Shown piece after piece: positions 30,365 to 44,899 of a stretch of 64,000 bases of DNA (position 1 is its first letter; the number at the start of each line of letters is the position of its first letter). The stretch lies in assembly GCF_009914755.1 (NCBI RefSeq), contig NC_060945.1; one strand, given 5' to 3'. The translations under genes were made by a program, and so were the position numbers. The notes beneath the pieces were generated by a model that saw only the letters and a program-made list of their open reading frames with translations, did no database searches and was not told the origin of the DNA. Source of the stretch: the human T2T-CHM13v2.0 reference genome, Homo sapiens.

Positions 30365-31339
30365 GCAGTTAAGATCCTTACCCAAGATCATACAGCTAGT
30401 GGGATTCAAATCAAGCCAGCTGACCCAAGAGCAACTGTTGCCCATCACTATACTGCCTCCCAGATCTGTGATATAAAGAAATAACTATAGTTTTCTGGCA
30501 GTGACTAAACCATCTACCAAGCAGAGGACCACTAGTTCAAATGCCTTGGATTGCAAACACCAGAGAGTGGCTTAAGCAAACCACATGGTTAAGCAAACCC
30601 TGTTCTGGATCACATCATTAGCAGCTAGACGTCTAGCTATAGCTATTAAATCCTAAGGTTTACAATTTGATTTCTATCCCATACGAATTAGCCAGGGTCT
30701 TCCCTCCCAAATCTTTCAGTCAATCTATAGTAATTTCACCACACTGTGGGTTTGGCAATTATCCAAATAATTGACACCAAAGGCAAGAAGGGGTGAACAA
30801 CAGGATGGGCCTCCCGGCATCTCCTGCAGCAGCACCTGGACTGGATTCTAAATTCCTCCTTCCAGAAAGAAGCTGCATCCCAGCCCAGATCCAGCTGAGA
30901 GCCACAGCTGCCAAGAGGCAGTCGGAGCTCTGGGCACCTCTCTGTGCACCCAGGAAGCCCCAGGAGGACTTCATCAAGCCAAGTCGATGCCTCACTCAGA
31001 GCCCCAGGATCCCTGACTCCTAACCCCACAGTGACCTGGAAATGCCTGGTGATGCCAGAAGCAGCGCTTTCCAATTCTGAAGGCCCTCAAAATGCTTGTT
31101 CAGCCCACCTTCCTCCTTTCCTGGGGCGTGGGAGTGGTGGGGAGATGAGAGGCAGAAAGATGAGGACATCATCAGGAGGTTTTTCCTTACTGGAAAATGA
31201 GAGGAAATCCTCTTTCACTACTTAAAAATCAAAAGGGGCTGTCCATATTCCTCTGGCAGGGGTCTCCCATCATCCCCCGCGAGGCATTCCCATTATCCCC
31301 TGCGGAGCTTTCCCATCATCCACAGAGGCCCTTCCCATA

Positions 31340-31460
31340 ACCCCCAAGTGGGAAGTTCGCGCAAGTGCGGCTCTGCAGGGAGGAGGGAGGGCCGAGGGGA
31401 AGGCCCTCGAGAGAGTGGAGGGCAACAGTGGCCACGGTTCCTCTGTACTTCGTTTCTTCC
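31340..31460 (+). other. SLC37A1: Candidate distal untranslated first exon of SLC37A1 (start approximate)
   Basis: GC/CpG-rich patch ending in donor CC|GTAAGA at 31461; same strand as the SLC37A1 CDS; assignment partly from recall of alternative 5' exons. Confidence 0.5.
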
Positions 31461-33141
31461 GTAAGAAATGATCTTCTTGTCCTTCTTAAGTATAAATGGA
31501 GCGATCCATTTCCTTTTACCCATTAACCCCTTCAAAAAGAAGAAAAACAGTCCCAGGCTGGCCATGGTTGATCTCTGCAGGGGGGCTGGTCAGGGTGCCT
31601 TCTGCTTCCTGGTGGGATGGCCTAGGCCGGGGAAACTGTTGAAACCACCCTGGGGCTGCCTTCTGTATTTTCCACAACCTTCCAGGCCCACCTCCCAGCT
31701 GGAGGCCCTGCAGCTTGGCAGTTGCCATGGCGACTGAGTCCCTAAGTGTGTCTCTTCTGAGCTCTCCTGGACAGTGTGGAGAAAAGGCCTTAAGAACTGA
31801 GGGGCTTCAGTAAAATGCAAACAGATTTTTTTTTTGTAGGCACTGTTCAGATAAAAAGCAGGGACTTTCAACAAAATGAGTTCAGGTCCATCTTAACTAT
31901 AGAACTATGAGGTTGTTTATTAGAATAATTGTACTCTGGTAAATTTACCAATTTCATATATATGCATATTTATAAACAAACATATTAGAGTATATAGATA
32001 GAAAAAGTTCTATCTACATGTAGAATCGAAAACTTTTTAAAATAGTGTTGGTAGTATCACACATTGCCATTTAGTGGATAGAGACAGACCCGAGATTGGA
32101 GCCCTAGCTCCGTATACTTCTTTCTGAAGTCAGTCTACTCATCTGTAAAATGGGCTGTTGTGAGGTCAAAATTAGATATTCATAATGAGAGTAGCATAGT
32201 GCCTAGCACAAAGTAAAGCACTTAGTAAATGGGAGCTATTACTATTAATTGTACTGCTGTTAATCTTACAATAGGTTAAGCACCTTTTGTCTATCAGTAT
32301 GTTTGGGGGGGAATTTTAACTCAAGTTTATCTTAATCGTTTTCAGTCGTGTTTTTTTCTTGAAAAGAATCAAACTGCCAAAGATGATTCTGTCAGTTGTT
32401 TGTGACAATCAGAAGTTAGTCTGTGACGAACAGATTAGTTTTAATGCTCATATTCATTAGCACTAATATACATAAGGGTGGGGAGAGACTGAAGCTTCTG
32501 GAAATATATAGACAGGTAGATTCTTAAGCGTAAGTAGGTATTTGAACTGTTTGTGGATTATGTCTCATAAAATTGGCACCCAGCAAGGAGGAAAATGCCA
32601 GATACACACACGCCCATACCTGAGGTATGTAGGTCAATGGAAGGCTATTGAAACACAGTTGTCAAGAGAGAAATGTAAAGTATTTTTCACCCAGGAAGTG
32701 AGATTATTCAGTGATGCATCAAAACCAGTAGGGAAAACAGTTTAGTGGACACCAGTGTGGAGACGAGATGTCAGAAAATTGGATAGACTCGAATTTCACG
32801 TTGGGTAGCAACTCAAGGACATAGCTCAGTGCTTGGCACATAGTAAGTGCTCAACCAACACAGGTTTATCAAATTAAATGTTAGATATTATTTTGCAACA
32901 GAGCTGTGCTTTATGCAGCAGTAGGAAAAGAGAAAAATTGACGTGAAATTTTTTCTTTTTCTTGTTTTTTTATTCTTAAATCACACTCCATTTTCCGAGG
33001 GCTCTCTCAGGATATCAGTTGCTTAACTACGTCTGAGTGTCTTCTAGGTCGAGTACTAGGGGATTACAAGGAAATGAGAAAGAAATTACAGACCCATTGG
33101 GGGGCAAATTCTACATTAATCTACACTGTTAAAAAAATTTA

Positions 33142-33475
<334 letters not shown>

Positions 33476-34020
33476 CTACATGTTAATCCTTCATTCCAAA
33501 GTGGAGGTCACTCTTTCCTACTGGTGGATATGTAAGGCTGGTTCTAGTTTTGATGCTGCAGATAGCCTCACTCTAACCAGCAGTTGTGGTGGGAGATCCT
33601 GTGCTACATGGGGCTGTACTTTTCAAGGTCTAAGGGTGGATCAGATTTTCTAGAAAAGGGACAGGGAAAAAGGTGGCATGCTGAACCACGTGTCCATGAT
33701 TTTCCCAGAATAAGGCTCCCCCTACCCAACTTACAGGAAGGTCATGATCAAATAAGATAACGAGGATGAAATGATTTGGAAGTGCTATAGAAATGTAACG
33801 TGTATATTTAGCTCAGGTTTTAAAATCTTTTAATTATGTAACATTTGATGCATGCAAAAGAACACATATTCACGTATGCCAGCAAAGTAATACAGTGAAC
33901 ACCTGTGAACCCCTGCCCAAAGTAAATAGATGAATGAGTAAATGAAATAAATATTAACATCTGAATGCATAGATCTTTGTCCACATCTCAAATTCAGCTC
34001 TTTGGATTGCAGCTTTATAG

Positions 34021-34134
34021 AATTGAGAGATTGCTGAGCCTAAATACATGTTGCTGCATTGCCTCCGAGAATGGCCGGACCTATCCCCACTCTCACCAAA
34101 ACAGAGTGTGGGACTCACTGCTCCCTCGCCTACT
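34021..34134 (+). other. SLC37A1: Candidate 5' UTR exon of SLC37A1 inside an old antisense L1 fragment
   Basis: ctttatag acceptor at 34019-34020, ACT|GTAAGT donor at 34135, 114 nt. Confidence 0.45.
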
Positions 34135-34937
34135 GTAAGTCCTATTTTTCTTCTTTGCTAATCTGATGGACAGGCAGTGTCTCATAGTGACTTTAGTTTG
34201 TATTCATATTTTCTCGATTATTTGAGAAGATAAGCATTTTTCCCCAAATGTTTATTCTTCACCTATGATAACCCTTGTTAATTATTTAGATTAGTTTTTT
34301 GCAGGCCACTTTCATATATCTGTATATGTTGTTTTCTCTTTCTGAAATGTGATGCCCATGTTTCTCTACCTGGTGAACAATTTGTCAACTTTAATATCTT
34401 ACCAGATGTAACCTTCCTAGGGATGCTGTTTCTAACTGCTGCCGGCCCCTTCTTACCATCTCTCTGGTTGTGCTTCTGACGCATTCCCTACACAACTGGA
34501 ACGTGTTTCCAGGTCAGCCTCCCTAAGCACCTCCCAAGGCCTCCACCCCACAGTGTCGCACAGAACTTGACACATACCAGATGCTCCAATTATTAAATAT
34601 TACCGAGTACTTTTAGAAAATTGGGAACATACAATAAAGTATAATGAAGAAAATAAAGAAAACCAATAATCTCACTTCCCAAAGATAATAACTACTGCCA
34701 TTTTGGTGTGAATCCTTTCATGCTTTTAAAATGCATATATATGTCTATTTAATTGAAATCATTCTATTTGTCACTTACATTATCACATGTCATTATATGG
34801 TGCACATGTCAAAAAAAATTTCCAAAGTGTTTTAAAGACAATAGTATTTCACCTTAAGGATATACCAAAATTATTATGTCACAAATGTTGGATAAGAGAA
34901 TGAATGAAAATCTTTAATATGAAGTTGAACAAGGTAA

Positions 34938-35265
<328 letters not shown>

Positions 35266-36439
35266 TCCATTTTGTTTTTAAGAAAACAATGTGTCGGGTG
35301 TCTTTTCTCAGTATGTCATTCACTCATGTTTCTTGGGTGACTACCAGAAGTTCCTCAGCTCTGGGTACTGTTGCTGTCCTCCTCTCGTGGCGCTGGCATA
35401 CCTGCTTGTTTGAATTGCCTTTCTCCTCTCCTCAAGCCCATTTTTAATTATCTAGTTACTAGGACAAGCATCTAAATAGTTGTGGAGCAAATACAGTTAT
35501 CGGAAGAGCTAAATGAACCATTTCCCTCTCCCTCTACAAACAGGAAAGCCAGAAAGGTTTTAAACTGGACTGGTAATTTTAGGTTCCCCAGAGCTGGCTT
35601 TGTGCTATCTGACCACTGAGGCCCTGCACTGGGAGGAACCAGACGGGGCCCCTGGCAACCACATCCGGGTGGTACTAGAACATCTCAGTGCTGTTATCTA
35701 TGACCCCAGAACAGAGTCTCAGTTCAGGGGCCCTAAAAGAGTTTCCCCACTGAACAAGCATGGAAATGTGAAAATACGTATTTATTAAACAAGATAAGTG
35801 AAGATTGTTTCATTTAGAATGTGATTCACTAATGCATTTCTTTGATTACTTAGTTATCTTGGTATGTTCAAAATATTGTGGCTTTCTTTTTAGCAGTTCT
35901 TTATATTAATACATTTAAAGAGGGTCCCAGAAGGGCACCAGGCTTTAGGATGGCTAGAAATGGGGACATGGCCTGGTCATTTTGGGTCATCTTGGCCCTG
36001 GTCTCAGTTCCAAGGATGTGTTGGAGAGAGTATAGGGGTGATAGCTTAGGAAAACTCTCCGGAGTGAAGAGGCAGCTTGGCTTTATTAGGTTGTTTTCTT
36101 CACCTTAATCCTGAAAACCTTTTCAAGCTAACTGGCAGCAAGTTGGACATCGAGGTATGTGTTTAGTTCTAGAAACTTCTCTATGTGTGTCATGATATTT
36201 TCTTTTGTTACTATCTTAAGTCATGCACATATATGATATGTATTACAATGTAGTAGAAAAAGTAAAATTTATACAGTAAAGGGAGAAAAAGGACCCAGAA
36301 AGCAAGAACTCATTAGCCTGCCTGTGCCCAGCATGACCCTGCAAGACAGGCGTCTTACTCCCAAGTTCACTACCAGAATAAATGAATTAATTGACTCTAA
36401 AAGGGTTTTGAGAACAGTTTCAAGTTATTATTGCTTATG

Positions 36440-37180
36440 CTTCCTCCCCTACATTCCAGATCCCACAAAGAAGCCACTTCTTGGGCTGACCTTTTTATCA
36501 TCCACCTCAAACTCAACAAGGGCAAAACTGAACTTCTTCTCTCCGCTTTATTTCCTTATCTTAATGAAGGGCCCACTTGCTACCGGTTTACTAAGCCAGA
36601 ATCTGAACATCATCAATGTCAGGGACCAGTTCTTTCCTTCCCCCTTCCCCAACCAATCTCCAAATCCTGGAGAGTCTTCCTTCCAAATTATTCCAAATCC
36701 ATCTACTTTTTTCCATTCCCACTGCTTCTTCCTTAGTCAGGACACCATCATTTTCTGCCAAGAAGACGCCAACAGCCCAGGTGGTCTCCCTGCCCTTAGT
36801 CTCACTGTCTTCTAATCTATTTGCCACACTGACCAGAATAATCTTTTAAAACCACACATCTAATCACGTTGTTCTTCAGTTTAAAATCTTTCAGTAGTGA
36901 AGTCCAGACTCCCTCATTCGATTATTAGGCTCTGAATGATGTGGCCACTAAGTCCCTCCCCAGCCTCTTCTCTTGCCTTATGTTCACACACCACACTCTC
37001 TGCTGTGGCCATAATGACTTTCAGTTCCCCAAACCCAACTTTCTGTAGGATTGCTGGGCCTTTGCCTATGCTATTTGTTCTCTGCTTGGAACACCTTCCA
37101 CTCTTCTTTTGGGTAACTCGATGCCTTCTCCAGGTCTCAGCTCAGCTGTCACTTACACAACCCCATAGGCAGGCTTTATC
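36440..37180 (+). mobile_element. L2-like fragment
   Basis: cacctcaaactcaaca...aaaactgaact and ctttgcctatgctatt L2-type motifs. Confidence 0.55.
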
Positions 37181-38539
37181 CCCAACCCTTGTCCACAGTA
37201 TCCTCCAGGTGACTGTGTCTCCCAGGTGGGTAGCCCCTGAAGTAACCCTCTACACTCCATCACTGTCAGAGAGTTGGAAGGCTGGAGAGGCATGACCCCT
37301 CAGAGTCAACCTAGATCCTTGTGGCTTCAGCCCCCAGCAGGTAGGGAGCCCACCAAGCTTCAACTCTACAGCAGAGACACAGCCAAGGCTACTGGTATGT
37401 GCAAAACATTGGCTTGTGAAAATTACAGTATCCAAAACATGATTTTTTTTCTAAAAGAGCTTTTTAAATTTTGTTTTCTAAAAGTTAAAACCAGAAAATT
37501 TCTGATTTCTGACAGGTTAAGGATTTAGGGGAATTTTTAAGTTATGTGATGTGAGGTTCTCTGTAGTTTTGTACCAACTAGATTGTTCATTTCCTAAGAA
37601 TGAGGACCTCTCCTATTCATCTTTGTAATAGGGACAGTGTCTTACAGATGAAAACATTCAATGACCCTACATTAGAGGAGAAGAAACTGGAGCACAAATT
37701 GGTTGAATGTTCCCCCATGTGACACATTTAATAAGGCTAATGTTGTTGAAGTGGAGGCTGGGCAGGCAGTAAGAGGATTCCCTTGTATACTTGCACGGTG
37801 AACATGAGTACTGGCATCGCAGGCCTCGTTCAATGTTGATACTCTTGAATTTAAAGTGGCATTTCCATGTACTCTTACAGATGTTCCTTCATTTGCCATC
37901 AGAAGGATAGCTGTGAAGTGATATATAGGAACTTTGTAGGCATATTTGATTTTTAAACCTCTATTAACTTTGTGTCAAATAATCAAAGCTTAACAGGATT
38001 TATATTAAGGATGGTGAGAGGGAATCAAACTTCATTTTTAGAGAAAAATAGCAAATCAAAATAAGCTGATGAAAGGGACTTTGTGGTTCTCTCCTTCCTT
38101 CAGCTCCTGATATGAATCCTAGACTTTTTACATATTCATACTAATTAGCTGTGCTTTCCAATAATTAGAGTAGCCATAAGCATTTGTACACTAATTCACA
38201 GTTCCTAAAGCATTCTTAGGAATATTAGCATAAATGTTTATTGAATGTCTCCTGTGTGCCAGGCATGATTCTATACATGATAAGGATTCACTGATGAATA
38301 AAACCGGTTAAAAAATCTCTGCTTTCATGGTGCCTACATTCTAACACCTTACTTTCCCCATTCATCCATACATCAACCCCACAGAATCACACTAGGAAAA
38401 CTGGAGTTCAGGAGAGTAAAGTGACTTTCACAGGGTCCCAAAAATAGTAAGTTTGGGGTCACAATTTGAACTTGTCACTCCAGATTCCAAGTCCCATGCC
38501 TTTTTTTTTGCTAGGTCAGTATTCACTGTGGAATCATAA

Positions 38540-38939
<400 letters not shown>

Positions 38940-39247
38940 TAGAAAAGATTTAAGATACAAGAGTTAAATACTAATGGTCTTAACCATAAGAGTTAAAACT
39001 ATAAATTAACTGGAAAGGAGCAGCTGCCTAGAGGAACCCAGGGCATGCGCCTTCTGATGGCCACAGTGAGTGCTGAGGTCTTCAGTGTAGGCTGTGAGGG
39101 GGACTGGCTGCCTAAACTGTCAGCCTGTGGTAAGTAGGGTAGATTAAGCTGATGGAGCAGAAAGCCTCACCATCCAAAGCCATCCTTTCCCAGACTCCAT
39201 GTCTGGTGGGAATAGATAGGCAACCCGGGAAAGAGTACTAAAGTGTG

Positions 39248-39665
39248 TGTCTTAGTCCTTTTGGGTTGCTATAAAGGAATCCTCGAGGCTGGGTAATTTA
39301 TAAAGAAAAGAGGTTTATTTAGTTCATGGTTCTGCATGCTGAACAAGAAGCATGGCACCAGCACGTACTTCTTACGAAGGCCTCAGGAAGCTTCCATTCC
39401 TGATGAAAGGTGAAGTGGAGCAGGCCTCACATAGTGAGAGGGGAAGGAAGAGAGAGAGCATGGAGGGAGGTGCCAGGCTCCTTCTAATCAGTGCTCACAG
39501 GGACTGATACAGTGAGAACTCACTTACTACTGAGAGGATAGCACCAAACCATTCCTGAGAGATCTCCCCCGATGACCCAGACACCTCCCACTAGGTCCCA
39601 CCTCCAACAGTGGGGGTCAAGTTTCAACATGAGATTTGGAGGGGACAAATACCCAAACAATATCA
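39248..39665 (-). mobile_element. MaLR solo LTR (MSTB-like)
   Basis: Reverse-complement homolog of 12736-13164. Confidence 0.85.
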
Positions 39666-39722
39666 GTTTGATAAAGAGGATATGAGTAATTTCATTCTCC
39701 CATCAGACAGTGTTGTCCATAA

Positions 39723-40208
<486 letters not shown>

Positions 40209-41772
40209 TGACTCCTTAGTTGATGGGTCAGTTTCCTATTTCCACATACCTGACCTCATTCTACCTATAGGCATAAACTCAAGAGGAATTTACAACAGAT
40301 GGGCTCAGGCAACAAGTTAGCCCCAGAGTGGAGCTCAGCTACAGAGGAATGCTTCACTGAAAGAAATGTGAGTCCCTGAATCTGATTCAAGCCTTTATCA
40401 AGTCCTACTTCAGTTAGAATCCAGTTTACTCCCCAAATACCCGTGAGCACTCTCTCAGTTACTATTTCCCTTGCTACACATATAGAAGAAAAGCAAGAAA
40501 GTTACTCTGCTGGGAAACACTGCCAAGGGGTCTTAGAAGCAAGAAAATTTGCCTATTTTATACAGGTAGTTTAAAGAGAACCACCCTTATAAATGGGTGT
40601 TTGTCCCCTTATTATTTCAGGACACTTGAAAGCTCCTCTCCTCCAATATGTCTCTAATTCAAGTATCACAGTGTCTAAAATTCTACCACTAAAATGCCAT
40701 TACCTAAATTAAGCACAGCCTTCTGTCTTTATGTTGATATTTCTTTAAATATCATGCCAATAGTTTTAAAATCAAATGATACTAAAGGTATATAACAACA
40801 AACAGTCGGGCCTGGCTTTATCCCTTCAACTCCTCTGTCTCATTCCCCTACCATTTTCTACTCTTTTACCCATTTCTTCTGGTAGTTCCCTATATTTCTA
40901 AATAATATGAGTAAACTATGATTTTTATGTCCAATTTTAAAGCTTTTCTATGGACCTCTGGTTTTAGAGACAACATCTAGTTCTCTTACATCCCTTGCCA
41001 CTTCCCCTGATGCTGTAGGACAGACAGGTCTGTCCCACCCACGGTGACTCAGTCATTGTTGTTCATGGCCGCTGCCCGTTCTTCACGATCAAGGAGGAGA
41101 ATTCTTTGGAGGAAACAGAGCTTTCATACGTGAATCGACTGGGAAGCGAGTCAAAAGTACTGCAACTGGAAGTGTGGCATGGGGAGGGGGCCGTGGCCAG
41201 TCTCCTCACTGGGCTCCTGTAGGACTGGGAACGCCTACTCCTTCACACCTAATTATGTTTGCTGGATTGGGTTATAGTTCTTCAGTGTGTGGACTCTTGT
41301 CAGTTTTATATCCGTAGGCCGAGCACAATGCCTGGAATACAGAGCATGCTTAATAATCAGAGGCTTTTCATTGTATTTCTTATCAACAACACTAGTAACT
41401 GAATATAAATCACCCTTCCTCGCCAGTCAGTGCACCATACCATTAGAATTCTTGCTTTTTGATCAGTGGAGATAAAATGAGTTTCTTTTCTCCATGTTAA
41501 GTAATCAGGTTCTGATTTTCCCTTTTCTTTCTCTCTAATAGTGTTTAATGCTCTAATGCTTTCTAAGCATGAGGTATTTTCTTGAGCTCTGAAGCCCAGT
41601 ATCCTCAAAGCCCCCTTCAGGGAAACCTCAGTTCCCTGTCAGTCAAGGCCTGTCACTGGCTTTGCCTTGGCCTTCTCTGGGAGAATGTCTGCTCCTTAAG
41701 TTGATGGCATACAAGTTGAGGTGGGGAAAAATTAAAGTGTAGGATTTCTGTAGGCAGCTAATGTTTTATTAC

Positions 41773-42023
41773 TGGAGTGCAGTGATGCGATCTCAGCTCA
41801 CTGCAACCTCTGCCTCCTGGGTTCAAGCAATTCCCCTGCCTCAGCCTCCTGAGTAGCTGGGACTACAGGCACACACTACCACGCCCAGCTAATTTTTTGT
41901 ATTTTAGTAGAGATGGGGTTTCACCATGTTGGCCAGGATAGTCTCGATCTCCTGACTGCATGATCTGCCCGTCTCAGCCTCCCAAAGTGCTGGGATTACA
42001 GGCGAGAGCCATAGCGCCTGGCC
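41773..42023 (-). mobile_element. Alu lacking its 3' end and tail
   Basis: Begins at ctggagtgcagtg with no poly-T. Confidence 0.88.
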
Positions 42024-43920
42024 TAAAATGTATTATATAAGCATCATAGTGACCACAAAACAAAAACCTGCAGCAGATATACAAAATGTAAAGAGAAAGG
42101 AATCAAAGCATACCATTACAAAAATCATCACATTAGAAAGGAAGATAGTAAGGGAGTAACAAAGCAACAAAGGAACTACAAACCGCCAGAAAGCAATTTT
42201 TTAAATGGCAGTAGTAAGTCCTTATCTATCAATAATTAATGTAAATGGATTAAATTCTGCAATCAAAAGATAGAAGTGGCTGAATGGATATTAAAAAAAA
42301 AAAATCTAGGTGCTGCCTGCAGGAGACTCAGCTTTAAGGATACACATAGGCTGAAAGTAAAGGCATGGGAAAAGATATTCCATGCAAATGGTTACCAAAT
42401 AGAGAGCAAAAAAGATACTTATATCAGACAAAACAGACTTTAAGTCAAAAACTTCATAAGAGACAAAGTCACTATATCATGATAAAGAGATAAATTCATC
42501 AAGAGGATATAACAATTATAAATGTATATGCACCCAACATCAGAGTACCTAAATATATATTAACGGAACTCAAGAGAGAAATAGCAATACAGTAATAGCA
42601 GGGTACTTCAGTACCCCATTTTCAACAATGAATAGATGATCCAGACAGAAGATGAATAAGGAAACAGTGAACCTGAATGACATTCTAGAGCAAATGGACC
42701 TAACAGACATACAGAACACTCCTTCCCCCAGCAGCTGAATGCACATTTAAATGTACACAGAACATTCTCTAGGATAGATCATATGTTAGGCCACAAAACA
42801 AGTTTTAACAAATTTAAGAAGATTAAAATCATATCAAGTATCTTTTCTGACCACAATAACATGAACTAGAAATCAGTAACAGGAGGAAAATTGGAAAATT
42901 CACAAATATGCAGAAATTAAATACACACCTGAACAACCAGTGGGGTCAAAGAAGATATCAAAAGGGAAATCAGAAAATTCCTTAAGACAAATTAAAATGG
43001 AAACAACATACCAAAACGTATGGGATGCAGCAAAAGCAGTACTAGAGGGAAGTTTATAAAGAAAATGTGGTGTATAGCTGTATCTACACAATGGAATACT
43101 ATTTAGCCTTAAAAAAGAAGGATTTCCTGTCATTTGCAACAACATGGATGAACCCGGAGTACATTACACTAGGTGAAATAAGCCAGGTACAGAAAAACAA
43201 ATATAGGCCAGGCATGGTAGCTCACTTCTCTAATCCCAGCACTTTGGGAGGCTAAGGCAGGAAGACTGCTTGAACCTGGGAGTTCAAGACCAGCTTTGGC
43301 AACATATCAAGACCCTGTGTCTACAAAATTTAAAAAATTAGCTGGGCATGGTGGCATGGGCCTGTATTCTCAGATACTCAGGAGGCTGAGGGGGAGGATC
43401 ACTTGGGCCTGGGAAATCAAGGCTGCAGTGAGCCTTGACCATTGCACTCACGCCACTGCCCTCCAACCTGGGCAACAGAACAAGACCCTGTCTCAAAACA
43501 AACCAACAAACAAACAAAAAAGAAAAATATGCATGACCTCACTTATTTTTGGAATCTGAAAAACTTGAACTCAGAGAAGCAGAGCATATAATAATGGTGG
43601 TTACCAGGGGCAGTAGGTGGGAGAAATGGGGAGTCGCTGGCCAAAGAGTACAAAGTTTCACTTAGGAAAGATGAGTAAGTTCTGGAGGGCTAATGTACAG
43701 CTCTAATGTATAGTTAGTAATAATACATTGTATACTTGAAATTTGCAAGAAGAATAGATCTTAAATATTCTCACCACCAAAAAAAAAAAATAATGTGAGG
43801 TGATTGGATATACTAGCTTGACTGTGGCAATAATTTTACAATGTATTCATATATCAAAACATCACATCCTATACTACAAATTATGTAATTTTTATTTGTC
43901 AGTTATACGTCAGTACAACT
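42024..43920 (+). mobile_element. L1MA-like element (ORF2 endonuclease region joined to 3' end), interrupted by an Alu
   Basis: aatgtaaatggattaaattct and atatatgcacccaaca EN motifs; acaatggaatactatt 3' motif. Confidence 0.88.
43206..43525 (+). mobile_element. Alu (AluJ-like) inside the L1
   Basis: Dimer with (AAAC)n tail, TSD aaatat. Confidence 0.9.
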
Positions 43921-44899
43921 GGGTGGGGGGGAGGGGGGGTGGGAAGAAGCTGTCTCCATATGAGGCCGAGGTGTCCTATATATCCTGAGCTTGTATTATC
44001 GCCTTTCAAGTGTAAAACCTGTAGGTGATGGGATGCCCGAAAGGTTTGAAAATCAGGAATGACAAGATCAGATTTTGCTTTAGGAGGGCAACTTGAGGCA
44101 GCTTAAAGAGTGGATTGCAGGAGGTAGAACTTGGAAGTGAGAACGCTGTTGCACAAGTGCAGTGAGAGAGGGGTAGCCTCGAGCCGAACCAATGGCAAGG
44201 GCCAGGGCTGGGGAGACCATTGGAGAGAGGGGTGGGAGCCACACTGGGCTATCACCGGGAATGGAGAGCTAGAAAAGAGAGGAGAAAGCACTGGCACAGG
44301 GGGCCTGCGGAGAGAAAGAAGGTCTGAAGAAAACCTGGCCAAAAGGAGAAGACTGGAGCCCTGGGCCATCCCGCTTGCGGAATGAGGGGCCGGCGGGCTT
44401 CCTGGGGCTGAACCCTGCGTGGCAAAGAAGTGGGCAGGTTTTCTTTCTGCCTGCAGAAGGCTTCTCAAATGCCTAACAAAGTGATGGATTTCACGCAGCC
44501 CAGCTCAGCAAAGAGAGACACAGACATCAGAGTGTTCTAGAAACAAAGCAGGGCCCCAGGGGGAAACTGCGAGGCCTAGCAGGGCAGGGGAGCCAAACAC
44601 AGGGAAGAATGCCTTCTCCATTCTCCAGAGGGAAGCTCAACGTGCCTGGGGAAGGGTGCGAGGGGCACTGGCCTGTTGGGACATTTACAGCCAGGCCTCG
44701 GGTTGGTTTTATCCTTAAACATTGTTTTATCCGGGGGCAGGCTTTTTCCCCGGAAAATTTCCGCTCTGCCTCACTTTGCTCTTCCCCGAGGAGTGGGCTG
44801 GGAGCCCCCTCTGCTCTGAAGCCATCCTGGGGGTCCACTGTGGGTGTTCGGCAGTAGCTTCTAGGGGACTGGCCAGGCCCCTCCCTGGGGCTGCCTAAG

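Noticed and set aside
30623-30638. Perfect 16-bp palindrome AGCTAGACGTCTAGCT
   Set aside because: About one 8-bp-arm palindrome is expected by chance in 64 kb
41010-41175. Coding-looking stretch with AP-1 site TGACTCA, considered as a retrocopy fragment
   Set aside because: The frames I translated gave nothing recognisable; no poly-A or TSD
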